Below, one piece after another: positions 26,016 to 38,224 of a stretch of DNA of 64,000 bases. The notes beneath the pieces are model-generated. The model searched no databases, was not told where the DNA came from, and was given only the letters and a program-made list of their open reading frames with translations. The stretch is from the NCBI GenBank assembly GCA_013265495.1, contig MU058844.1:2769520-2833519 (forward strand), in the 5' to 3' direction. Positions within the stretch are counted from its first letter, which is position 1, and the number at the start of each line of letters is the position of its first letter. Made by a program: the position numbers and the translations under genes. This DNA comes from Vicugna vicugna. Taxonomy: Eukaryota.

Positions 26016-26845
26016 TTTTTCTTTTTTTTTAAATTGAAGTAATGTTGATTTATAATATATAGCTCATATAACATATAAATATTTATAATATCATATATAT
26101 ACTAATATATATTAGCTTCAGGTGTACAATGGAGTGATTCAATATTTTTATCTATTACACTTCATTTAAAGTTATTACAAAATAATGGCTATATTTCCCT
26201 GTGCTGTACAATATATCCTTGTTGCTTATTAATTTTGTATGTAGTAGTTTTTATCTCTTAATTCCCTACTCCTATTGTGCCCCCCCTTCCTTCTCCCTAC
26301 TAGTAGCCCCTAGTTTGTTCTCTATATCTGTGAGTCTGTTTATGTTTTGTTACATTTGTTTACTTGTTTGTTTTATTTTTTAAATTCCCTATGTAAGTGA
26401 TAACATTGAATATTTGTCTTTCTCTGTCTGATGTATTAAGCATGATTCCCTCCAGGGCCATTCATGTTGTCGCAAATAGCAAAACATCCTCATCAACATT
26501 TGTTATTTGTAGGCTTTGATAATAGTCATTTTGGCAGCTGACAGGTGATTTTTCACTGTGTTTTTGATTAATCATCTTTCTCTGATGATTATCAATGTTG
26601 AGCATCTTTTCATGTCCCTGTTGGTCTGTTTGTATATCTTCTATTTTAGGTCTTTTGCTCATGTTTTAAATTGGGTTGCTTGTTTTTTTTTGATATTGAG
26701 TTGTTTGGGTTGTTTACATATTTTGGGTATTAACCTCTTATTGGTCATATCATTTGCAAATATTTTCCCAGATTCAGTATGTTGTCTTTTTGTTTTGTTA
26801 ATGGTTTCCTTTGCTGTGCAAAAGCTTTCAAATTTAATTAGGTCA
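26016..26845 (-). mobile_element. L1 3' end inserted antisense in the ERV internal region
   Basis: Poly-T, then 'attgaagtaatgttgatt...tcaggtgtacaa...tttccctgtgctgtacaatatatcc', then ORF2 antisense 'atgttgagcatcttttcatg...catttgcaaatattttc...ttgctgtgcaaaagct'. Confidence 0.88.
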
Positions 26846-27624
26846 CTGAAGTAAATTTATCTTGGAATATTGGTCTGCTCTTGAAAAGGATTGTGAGAGT
26901 TTTTGTTTGCTTATTTTTACCTAGAAAGCAAAGATTTTGTGTCTTACCAAAATAATTTACTGTGCATCACATTGTCTTTAGAAAACCTAGTCTTTTCAAT
27001 ATTAAAAGAGCTAAATTTTACTCACAACTGTGTAACCTTTTGTATTTGCTTTTTAAAGTATTTATTGCCACTTTGGTTAAATAGATAATTAAATATTATT
27101 TTATAATAATCTGTGATCCTATTTATTCAAATGTTCAAACATTTTGATGTTTTGACAACTTCCCAAAATCAAATTCTTTGTGGAATATTTTTTTACCTCA
27201 AGTTAACTTTAAGATTTCCCAAAGGGACCCTGGAGAATATCAAAGAATTTGTCTCTCACCTTGTGAAAGACTGATGCTAAGCCAACTATGTTTATTTGGT
27301 TTGTTAGATAACATGAGAAGCATTGTCTTACATACTAGTATTTATGTTTGTATGGTTGCCAATTATCAGTGTAAGTATTCTAGAAATCGTATGAAATTTC
27401 TAAAAATTTATATAATACTACCAGTCACAATTCCAGTTATTATCTTAACATATTGTGTGTCACAGAAATAGCCACATTTCTTTGTCAGTTCTATTATGTA
27501 AACTCTCGTCCACTTTTTAACCATGGGCATCTTATGTTTTTCATTTACAGATAGTTATCATTTTATTCTAATTTTTTAGATTTTGTAAAAGTAAGATTTG
27601 TGGAAAGAACTCTGCCAAGCACAT

Positions 27625-27765
27625 TTGACCAATGACACTACTGATGGATTACATAGTGTCAAAACTTGGATGCATATTTCACAACTGAAGACGTATGTTT
27701 CACCTGACATTTGGTTAAATGCTGGAGGCCTCAAAATCAAACTGACTAGGATGAGAAGTAGCTGA
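27625..27765 (+). pseudogene. pol: Retroviral pol remnant: integrase C-terminal segment
   Basis: Translates LTNDTTDGLHSVKTWMHISQLKTYVSPDIWLNAGGLKIKLTRMRSS*, matching the gamma-type IN tail pattern LTTxTAVKLxG..WIHxSxLK...LKLKL. Lies just upstream of env. Confidence 0.7.
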
Positions 27766-27848
27766 CATCAAGGGACACTGCTTCCTGTCAAGATTTTCAT
27801 TCCATTCATCTTTTCTTCTCTGACCATTGTTTTCCTAATTCTTACACC

Positions 27849-28810
27849 ATGAAACTCTTTATAATTCTCCTGTTCACTTTTTCATACTCTGGCCTAGAAA
27901 GATAAGGCCATTGTTCACATATCTCAGGCCATTGCAAGGGTGTGGGTAGTCCAACCTCCAAATGACTATTGGATTTGCCACAATGCTCATGGTCCTGTAG
28001 TTCTTCCCATCACAAACTCCTCCCCGGTTTCCAAAGTCTCAGCTTCCCTCTCTGTCTCTAACCTTGAGGATCCATTTCCCTGTCTCTGGTTAACAACTCC
28101 AAACCAGCAGAACCTTGCATCCAGGCTCTGTGCAGAGAAAGCGACACACGGCAAGGTTAACCAGAATAAAACCACCTGTGCAGTCCACAGACCCCTACAT
28201 TTTACTGGCCTCCGTGACTGTCACTTTTCCAGTCCCAAGTCACAGACTCAAACAGGATTATCAGGAGGCATTCGTGATTCAAAATTTTTTCCCTTTCACA
28301 GATCCCTATTGCACTGGCTAGGAATAAGTGCAAATGAGGCTATGATCAGGAATCTCTCCTTAACTCTTGAAGATATTTTAGAATCTGCTGTTAAAGCAAC
28401 AGTTGCCCAATAAAAATCCCTGGGCTCTCTGGCCAAAATTGTTCTTTGTAATAGGATAGCCCCTGATAATAAAATATCTTTTAGCTGAGCAGGGAGGTGT
28501 TTGTGCTGTGGCCCACACTATTGCTGCACTTGGATTGAGACTCCTGAGGAAGCTGAGACTCAGCTATGTAAGATCACTGAACAAGGCAGCAGGCTTAACT
28601 AAGTGACCCCTTCATTGGGGTCTTCCTTTGATTTGATTCTGAATGGTTTGGGTCATAGGGACCATAGCTCTGATGTACACTCCCAAAATTGGGAATTATC
28701 CTGCTTATAACAATCAGGTATTCTCCCTGGTGTGCTGTGTTCTCTCAAAAGCTTTAAATGAATGTTCACAGCCACTAACCACCAACTGAAAAATCTCCCT
28801 AAGACTAGAA
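27849..28810 (+). pseudogene. env: Gamma-type retroviral env pseudogene (short SU plus TM)
   Basis: Signal peptide MKLFIILLFTFSYS, YWIC (degenerate CWIC), frameshifted furin site, EAMIRNLSLTL heptad, ISD VLCNRIAPD/YLLAEQGGVC, CX6CC-type CAVAHT-CCTWI and a hydrophobic anchor LGIILLITI. Several stops and frameshifts. Confidence 0.88.
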
Positions 28811-29040
28811 CATCAGAAAAAAAAAAAAAAAGAGAGAGTGACCAACTTGAATGTGAACTCTACAGCATGACCTGTGAATACCACAAAGATATTTGGCAAA
28901 AATATGTCATGACCTGTGAATACCACACAGAGAGTTAACAAAAACCTGGGAGAACTCCAGAGTGGTATCCAGGTGTAGAGTTAATTCCTTAAAATTGATT
29001 CCATTTCTGAGGACGCCAACTCTGATCAAAATGGGAGAAT

Positions 29041-29427
29041 TCTTAAAACCAAGACAACTGGCTCAAAATGGATTTGCTTTTGCTAAGCCCCACATCACCA
29101 AAGTGAGACTTAATCATACTTTCATCTCTTCCAGAAATGGAATCTTAAACCAGTCAATCAGAAATCACCTGACTAGCACAAGTTAGATAATCTGCCTGGT
29201 AGATCCTTGCCATCCATAAAGGGAGATAACCTTGCAGTAACCAACCCACTTTTTTGCCTGGTATAACTTCCTTATTCCTGTTCCATTCTGCCTATAAAAG
29301 TCTTTAATTTTGTGCAGCTCCTTAGAGCTCCTTTCCATTTTCTAGATTAGATGCTACCTGATTCAAATTGATTTTTGTTTAAAAAAACTCTTAAAATATT
29401 TAATATGCTTCAGTTTTTCTTTTAACA
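29041..29427 (+). repeat. 3' LTR of provirus
   Basis: Follows the purine tract AAAATGGGAGAA, is homologous to the 5' LTR, ends TTTTAACA, and has TATAAAA at 29293-29299. Confidence 0.9.
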
Positions 29428-29434
29428 ATACTAT

Positions 29435-29894
29435 TGTTAAAGAAAATATTATCCTGACACTTGTTAAAATCGGTAAGAAAGGCTTTATTCAAGACAGTTG
29501 CAGTAGATGTCTAGACTATTGCAATAAGGGAGAGAAATCAGACTCAACTCCAAGTATAGCAAAGACAGCTGGGGATTTATAGTCAACAAGCAGAGTGAGG
29601 GGGTTAGTGGATAGAAAATTACTAAGAGGAGACATCAGGGGCAGGGGGATTCTCGCTAACCTGATTTAACAGAATTCCTACTGAAGACAAGCCAGGATTA
29701 TCAGTTATCAACCATGGGGGATAAGGAATTTGATCATATATTGAAGGTGAAGGAATTCTCGCTAAACTGATTTGAGCAGGGGTTTTGCTACAACTAGACT
29801 AGACTGCCAAAGATAAGGTTCAAAGATGAGACCTTGTTGGAAAGATGGCTCAGAGTAGTTTGTCTGAAGTTTGATTACAAAAAAAACCATGTCA
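29435..29894 (-). mobile_element. Solo ERV1 LTR, MER31-like
   Basis: Termini TGTTAAAGAAAA...TGTCA with antisense AATAAA (TTTATT ~29483) and a near-TSD CTAT/GTAT. Confidence 0.75.
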
Positions 29895-30024
29895 GTATAT
29901 TGATGCTGTTTTGCTAAATTAAGAGTCAGCGTATCTTCAACTCAGCGTACATATATATGATTGTAAAGGCCACCATGAACGACATACTAGGAGGCTCTTT
30001 AGTGATTATGAGACCCTGCGCCTC

Positions 30025-30190
30025 CCACTTACCTTCTTCGGTGGTCTGGGTACCTTCCTTTTCTGCTCAGAGCCAGTTTCCTTATCTGTAAAATAGGGAC
30101 AGTACCTCATTAATGGACTCTATTTGACAGATGGTGTATTGAAAATGCCTGGAAAACTTTAATTTGCTCTGCAAATGAATGGTACTTTTA
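30025..30190 (+). mobile_element. MIR SINE
   Basis: 'cagtttccttatctgtaaaatagggacagtacctcat'. Confidence 0.7.
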
Positions 30191-32160
30191 TTGTCAATAA
30201 TGCCTGTCTCTTCCTTATCCCAATGAACTCAAGCAATTACTAGCCTGATGCCTTCTGTACCACAGATAGAAATAGCCATTACCTCCTATAACTCCCTCTG
30301 TATGTTGTTAATTCCTCTGTTGCAGCCTTTATGATTTTGTCTTGCAATTATCTAGTTACACAGCTTTTCATTCCACTAGTCTTTTCTCAAGACAGGCAGC
30401 TTCTTTGTGTTCCCAGTTCCCATGGCACATATTTGGTGTTCAATTAGTATTTGCTGAAAAGACAAATAGTTATATAACTTCTTGGTTCCAAGACCATCTA
30501 CTAAGGATTCTTTGTTTCTCTAGTTTTCCTGAACCAGCATCCTCCAGCAACCAAAGAAACTCTTTTCCTGATTCTTCTTTTATATTAAGAAACTAGAGTG
30601 AAGCCACTTATTACATAGTTTGCGTTCAAGAAAAGCACGTGAAGCAAAAATCACAAGTAGTCAAATTTGTCTTTGAAAAAGTCCTTAAGTAGCTTGTTTA
30701 TTTCTCTTTTGCATCCTCTTTCATTAGGTTACTGAGAGCAAAAAAAAAAAATTAGGATTTCCCATGGAATTTTTAGGTGAGCAAAGCAATTTATTTCTGT
30801 AAGTTGAATGTGTGTATGCTGGTGTTGTCTTGTATCGTTAGGTCCCACCTAATCCCTATCCTCTGATTTTCTTTTTTCCTCTCAGCTGGAACCTTTCCAT
30901 TCTTGTTTTAGTTTTGAACTGCACTAGTTCCTATCAAAGGCAATGCCAGGCAAGAAGACTCAATCAGTTATGGTTCACTATGTGGGCAACTAGCAGCAAA
31001 CTGTTGTCCCAGCTAGCTTGGCCTGACCCTAATCCTCAGTCCCAATTACGTTGGGGATTTTCACTTTCTTCCCAAGATCATGTTCTCTGCTTCATGCTTC
31101 ATGAGTTAACTCTATCCCTGTCTTTCCCTTGATGCATCAATCTTTGTCTGAGGTATCTGCCTAGTTCCCCATTTCTCTAGGAGGTGACAGTGGACTTACA
31201 GTTGCTAATCAGCTTCTCCTCATACACCTGGGAGTTCTAATTTCTTTCTCATGCTCTCACACTCTATCTACATTATTGCTATATATTTCAGATAGCTTTG
31301 CCAATCAATACCTTTGCCTTTATTGTCAGCAAACCCATCAAATAGTATTTCTTATTGAAAATGGGACTCTCTGCCCCAAGCCCAACAACTTAGTCCCAGG
31401 TCCTCACTTTCCTATCTTACTACTGTGAAACTCATCATTGTATCATCACAAAATGAATCCAACTCAATTGCAGCAGCTCAGGTTGGCAATAAGTGATTAC
31501 TGTCAACCACAACTAATGTATAAACAGAGTTAAAACTTTAGTGCAAGAACTATGTATTAAATATTAACAGGTTTCTTTACACATCAACTGTCTGGTGTAT
31601 TTTGTTTCTGTGAAGAAAATGAATATCCAAAAATCAGTCTCCAAAGTATTAATTTGTTGAGTCATGAAGAGCAAATTTAATTAGGGGATAGAATCCAACA
31701 TTGGATTTAACTCATAACCTTGAAATATACTCAAAGGATAATGTGGAATTACCTATCAGAAGAAAATGGAGGAATGAGATCCAGGCAGTGGTTACTAAGA
31801 GATCTGTTTTAGTGATGTATTTCAAATCCTAAATTACAGATATGAGGTTGATGGTCTTCAGTTTGGAATTTTTATATATCTCTACATGTAGAAGAATCCT
31901 ACATGTGAAAACAATGACTTACCAAACGGCTTAATTTTCTGTGTTCTTGAAAAGTGTCCAGCAGTGTGTGATTTTTTAAAAATGTGTGTGTATGTGTATA
32001 CATATATATAATACACCATGTATTTGTGTGTGTACACGTGCACACACACACATATACATCCTATTTTGTATCTTGAATTAGATTTAGAAAGTGCTGGAAG
32101 TGAGCTATAAAACCAGATCCAGGAATGAGTGATGGTGAAGATTTAGATTTTCCTTATAAG

Positions 32161-32405
32161 GCCGACCAAAGTGAGAACCCGCTCATTTGTGTAGCCTACC
32201 TGCTCAAACACCTTAGCTGAGGTATGATAAGGAATATGCCTTATTTCACACAGTAACATGATTTGAATTAATTCTTTCCTCCTGTTCCTCCTGCAGGCAA
32301 TTGCAATACCTTTGACCCAACTGCACAAACATAGCAAAATCATGGACTCTTTATTGGCTATTGGTGTGTGAAGGAACAGCAATAAAAATCAAAGTGAATT
32401 TTAGA
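32161..32405 (+). other. Candidate exon pair: 32161-32221 and terminal exon from 32297 to ~32405
   Basis: Acceptor TTTTCCTTATAAG|, donor GAG|GTATGA, a 75-nt intron ending in a strong pyrimidine tract TTCTTTCCTCCTGTTCCTCCTGCAG|, and AATAAA at 32381-32386. Signals only, no transcript evidence. Confidence 0.3.
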
Positions 32406-35400
32406 GTATTATGTGAAAAGCTGGCCACATGTTGAAAGGTACTTGCTTTTTGCATTTCAAAACCCTCTCTTCTAAGGAAAAACAAACTGAGACTCAGAAA
32501 CCATGATTGGATTTCTATTGATGTCTCATTATTACTAGGATTTCTGTCTGGTCTTAGCATACACGGCTTTGTTATATGGGTACATGAAACACTATAAAGA
32601 CTCTGACCCTTAACTTAGGCTCTCATCAATCATACCCCATGTCTTTCTGGTCTGGTCTGTTATCGACGTAAAAATTGAGAAGCATAGGGTTCAATACACA
32701 TACTCAATTAATTTATCAAATAAGTTCAAACGAGGTATAGCTAGAGGTAATGGATAATTGGCTTTTTCTGAAAAACTAGTATTGTTGAGAGAATTTAAAG
32801 ATTAAGCAACGCATTTTCTGGAGTCAGTGGTTTAAATGGACATGGCTCAGAGGAAGAGGGAAAAAAAAGATTATGTACGTGTATAGCATGATTTTTCCTT
32901 GAAGCCCTTTTCAACTTTTTACAAAGCATGACAATACTTTACTAATCTGCTTTCCTGATTGTGATGCTAGCTTTTAAGTCATACACATAAATCAAAAAAC
33001 AAACATTCTCTCTACTATTCTCAGTCTTGAGAAAAACTCAAGGCATTTGGCATTCTGATGGAGGTCAGATAAGGCTATATATTCCTCACGGAAGAGCAGT
33101 GTGAGAACGTGGCATGTATGAATTCATTCTAAGGAACAATTATCAACAGTCTGAAGAAAACTGGGCTTTCAAGAACATCAAAACAGGAAGACAATAGTAT
33201 AAAAATAATCTAACAGTCAATCAGGTTTACTGGGAAAAAATGCCTTCCATTGTTACCACTATCAGCCCACTAGAATTAACAAAAAATGCTTTTTGCTATG
33301 AATGTTGTTGACAAGGGGAAGAAAGCTTTTCAATTGGTCTAAGATTAGCTTTTTCCTTTTTGTTGTAATTGCGTGGGAATGAACTATCATTTCATTTCTG
33401 GATTCATTCCATTAATTTATAGACTAGAAGCACACATGGGGCTTAATTCATAGAGAGCTAAACTATTCTCCTATCTGAGCTTTCAACCTCATCATTCAGA
33501 TTCCCTCAGTGATGGAGGAACTTAAAGGACGATTGTTTTCTCCTTATTTCTATAATTTCATGCCTATAAATCCTTTTCATAGTTCTTACGTGATTTCATA
33601 AATTATATATAACATACAAATTGGTTTATAATTTACCTCATTCTTGCAAATAAAGCTATTTGCTTAAAGTCACTGAAAATGATGTATGTTAGACTAGTTG
33701 TAAAAGAATCTGAGAAACATGGAGTATGGATAGGGCCAGTTCTGGGGTTTTAAATTAGCTATGACTTATCTGGAATGATAGGAAAAGTACAACATAATGT
33801 AAAACAATAACAAAGAGAGACCCAGGAGAGAGCAGGTCAAAGAGCTACTTTTCCTGTCCATTCAGTGATTTTGTTCTTATGATTATTTTACACTCACACA
33901 CAAACACACACAAGTAAAAGCTCATGACTCTTTTCAGTAACACAGCCCTCCTACTCCCCCACTTCAGTAACACAGCTGCCCACTCCCATTGTGCCACTGA
34001 GGAATATCCTGGGTTTGAAAATTGTGATTGCTTAATAACCCTCCTTTACAATTCTCAAGAAATTTTGAACTTCATTACTGTTTCCTTTAGAAGGAACATG
34101 TCATCAATTCTAGGACATGACTTTATGCAAATGATTCCAAAATCATTTCGTGATTGATAAGATTAATATTTCTAGAGATCATATTTTCTATTCCCTTTTC
34201 TGTAGTCTTTCCTGTCCTGGATTTTCTAGTGCTCTATGTTAAAAGCAGGAAGATTATTAGATATGTAAAAATATGTTTAAAATATAAAATAAAAATTTCA
34301 TATCCTAATTTTAATCAAATCTAAAAATTGAATACATTAGTAACTACAATTAATATTACAAAGTCCCCACAGTTCAGTTGAGATATGGCTCCTATTGATT
34401 ATGGCTTATAGTATATCAATAAAGAACAAAATTCATTTAGCAGAAAATTTTGGCAATTTATGTTTATGGAAGAGAGGTTCAATATTTACATAGTTGTCGA
34501 ATCCTGGATAAATGAGTGAAAAAGTAACTTGAGATTCATTTTTGTAGCTTTGGCCTTTTCATATATAGGAAGGTGAATTCAATGGTTAATAAATACAAAA
34601 AATAATAATTATTATTATTCATTCAAGACTGTGTCTATAGCTCATTATCTTTACAAGAGTACATAGCCCACCAATTTATTTCAAAGCTATCACAGACAAA
34701 ATCACTTGAAAGGAAGTTTCCACACTAACTAAAGTTAATACTAAATCATCCATTATTGAAATGGTAGATAAACTAAGGCTTCAGTAAATAAAATTCACAT
34801 ATTTTGATACCTTAACAATAAGTCATTTGGATTCAAAGACAGAGGTACAAATCCTAGCTCTGTGTCTTGGGGCAACTTAAAAAAAAACTATTATTTTTGT
34901 ATTTTTTATCTGTTAAAGGAATTTACAATCTATGAATTGTCAGCATAAACATAGCGAGTGTTTTTGAAAACTTTGGGCAACATTATTATGCAAATCTGAA
35001 TTCAGATAGTTTGTAATTAACCATAGGATCTTTAAGGTAGAAATGGCTTTTAAGATGATGTATTAATATGAGCTTTTGGGGCAAAAAGACCTAGGTTTGT
35101 ATGACAGATACTGTGAGTGGGTTTTTCAAAATTCACTTATGCCTTTTGGCTGCCTTCTTGTATTGCAGAGACTAGAAAGCAAAAAATTTTCTTGATTCCC
35201 TTGTAGCCATTACTCTAAATGGGATTTAACTTTATACATTCAGATGAACTAGTGCAAGATTTGAACTGAATTCAGAACCAAGTTACTTGATTCAGAAGGC
35301 AAGGCATGCATTTTTAAGGTGCAGATTATAGCAGAGATGTCATATCATAGTAACATTATCAATGGCTGAAAAGTTTGACAGAGGAGCCTTCCCAAACTTA

Positions 35401-38224
35401 GCAATGGCAGTGAGACTCTGCAGCAGATAGTTGTAGAAGTGACGTCTTGACTGCATAAACAGCATTCTGTCCATGGTCGAGTTGCAGCTCCCTTAGTGGT
35501 CCAGTTCTATAGTGTATAATTTCCACCATAGGGCCTTCCTTCCCAGAGAACACAGGTTCAGGGAGTCTTTGTCCACCCAAGATACACCTGGAAAATCTGG
35601 ACAGGAGTCATAAAATGACACATGGAAACAACGACCCAGTCACATTAGCCTGTTAAAACAGATGAAGAAACGCAGCTCAGAGAGGTTAAGGAACTATCCT
35701 TGGATCACACTGTAATTGCCATAATAGAAATACAAATTTAATATGACTCAGGTCAGAAGGCACCAGTACATCAATACTAGTGAAAGATTTCTGTAATGTT
35801 TGGTAAATAGCCACTGCTTTGTGTCCCCTGTATGTCCCTGGCCTTTCTCTTAGGGCCCAGGGGACTTTCTCACCAGCTAGAAAGGAATAGGAATGCCTGG
35901 GACAGCAGGGGTACAGTAGTATTTTGGCCATTTCTTTTCTGATTGTATGACTTGTGCATCTAATTGCTGAATATTTTTATTTTCACCTCTGCGTGTGACT
36001 CTGTAGGCAGGTGCTTTCTACCACACCACTTATGTCTTTGCTTAATAAATACTTTATTGAATTCACCAGAATACTTAGATTTCAAACTGAAGTAACACAA
36101 TTTTTATCTGTTCTTAGGACAATAATTCTGTTACTGTGTTTTGGAAGATGGAGGGAATGCTAGAAATTTAGCAATCCTCTGGCATCAGAGGTAGCTCATC
36201 CAAAGATGTCAATCTGTAAAATTTTATTTTTGACAGGTGGGTAGCAGCTTTATAGTGTTGGTGAAATGCTTAACAAACTGAAAAATGAATCTGAGATGAA
36301 AGCCATCTATCTTCAGTGCCAATAACAGATTCAGAGCTAGTCTTGAATACATAAGATTTTATAATTTTCACATTTGTAAAGAGTCAAGAGAAAACAAGCC
36401 AAAGGCCATTAAGCTATACAATGCTATGCAACTGAGTTATTTTACTTAAGGAAACACTAGGCATTATGACAAAATTCTTTACATTTATACCTCTTGGCAT
36501 CTGAGTTTGACAGCTGCATTTAGCAACAAACATACAGAAAAACTCTCTTCCTGTTATAGCTTGTTATCATAAATTACTCCCAAGTTCTCAAAATGCAAAA
36601 TTCCCCAGACTTTCTAGACCCTTAATCAATAATGAGTGAGTCATTACACAAATACTGCTGGAAAGATCAGCCTTTAACCGAGAAATGGAAGATAGATTTT
36701 TTTTTATCTTTCCTGGCACCTAATTCTGCTGTAAAATAAATGTGTTATAATTTATTTAAAGTTCAGGGAAAAGAGAAAGCCCAAGAGTTCCTGAAGTCTA
36801 GTGTACTTACCTCATGGAAAAATTATAACTGGTCAGATAACTGCTGCTACTGAATTTAAAAAAATAATGCTAGACATAACAACATAATGGATGAGAGTAG
36901 AAGTTGGAGAAGCCACAATATTCTCAAAACAAAATACAAATGTTCCCATCTCTAGGCTTCACAATTTTACTGGAAGAATTCAATAATCAAAACAAAAGCA
37001 TCTTTAAAACTATTAAAAGAGTTGAAAATAATGCTTGATATTCCAGTAAGCATGGTAAAATGAAAATGCATATTTATTGCACTCTGTCCTAAAACTCCAC
37101 TAATACAAGCGCATGAGTAAATATAAATAAAATATTTTCAAAGGGCGCATTGCTTCCCACTTAATCAAAAAGAATGGAACAGGAAAAAATAGAAGAAAGT
37201 TGGTAATAAAAATTTAGAAGATAGAACTAGTAACTGACTTAGCAGAGAGACAAAAGCTGAAACTAAGTACTTGCATTTATCATTTACCAAATATTTATTG
37301 TGCCCCTACTATGTGCCAGGCCCTGCTCTAAGGAGAAGCAACAGAGCAGCAAATTCAAAAGGCAAGAATTGTGCCCTTATGGAACTTAAATAGAAGAACC
37401 CCTAAGAGGAAAGTTGATTTGTACCACAAGACCACAGAGAGGCTGAAGACAAATTTAGGGTATAGAGTGGCTTGCAGCTCTGAAAGTGTAGGTGAGGAAA
37501 GGTGCTAAAAATAGGAGGAGAGGGTAAAAGTCTTTCTAAGGGGCAATTAGATTATTAGATTCTACTCAGTACAATGAGTGTCCTGCACCAACCTTCCAAG
37601 AGTAAAATATATGGCCCCTGTTTCACTTCCATCTTCCAAACTTTGAGCAAAATGACTCAAGCAGCCAGTGCTAACCTAGGACCATATCCAGTGGGGCATT
37701 CTGGGAAATGTAATTCCAGTTTGTCTAAGTTGACACAATACAAAACCACGAGGAGAAATATTTGAGATTCAGAAAATAGGGGACTCAAGAAAGCAGTGAA
37801 GTAAGAGAATTCTGAGGATAATAAAGGAAGTTTCAAGAGAAAAACAACCGAGCAAAATGTCTAGAAAGAAATCAGTACAGATTGGAGCAGGAGGACAGAG
37901 GGCTCCAAGAAATATGGATTCAAGAAAAATGTGAACTGTTAAACTAATTGAGGTGTTTGATCTTAATAAGAGGCATTTTTCAGTTCTTGTTGGAGAACAA
38001 TTAAAACTATGGGGAAAAATTGAATAGATGTACAAGAAACAAAATGTAATCATAGTATTCTGCACTACTCAGTTGTTAATGATATCTGCATCATTATAAT
38101 CATCTCTACATTGAGTGGTGATTCAACAAAAATTAAGAAGAAAAATATAGAGAGGAGGCAAGGCAGTATTGGAAAACTAATACAACCTTATTCGTAGTTG
38201 GAAGTCAGAATATAATGTGTAAGC

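Larger units (their letters stand above)
23209..29427 (+). mobile_element. Defective class I (ERV1/gamma-like, MER4-group-like) endogenous retrovirus, LTR-to-LTR
   Basis: TG...CA termini with an ATAC TSD at 23205-23208 and 29428-29431. Paired LTRs, purine tract before the 3' LTR, and IN and env remnants. Confidence 0.9.

Noticed and set aside
27940..28413. 157-aa ORF as a functional syncytin-like gene
   Set aside because: No ATG or signal peptide in frame, furin site frameshifted, stop before the ISD. Pseudogene.
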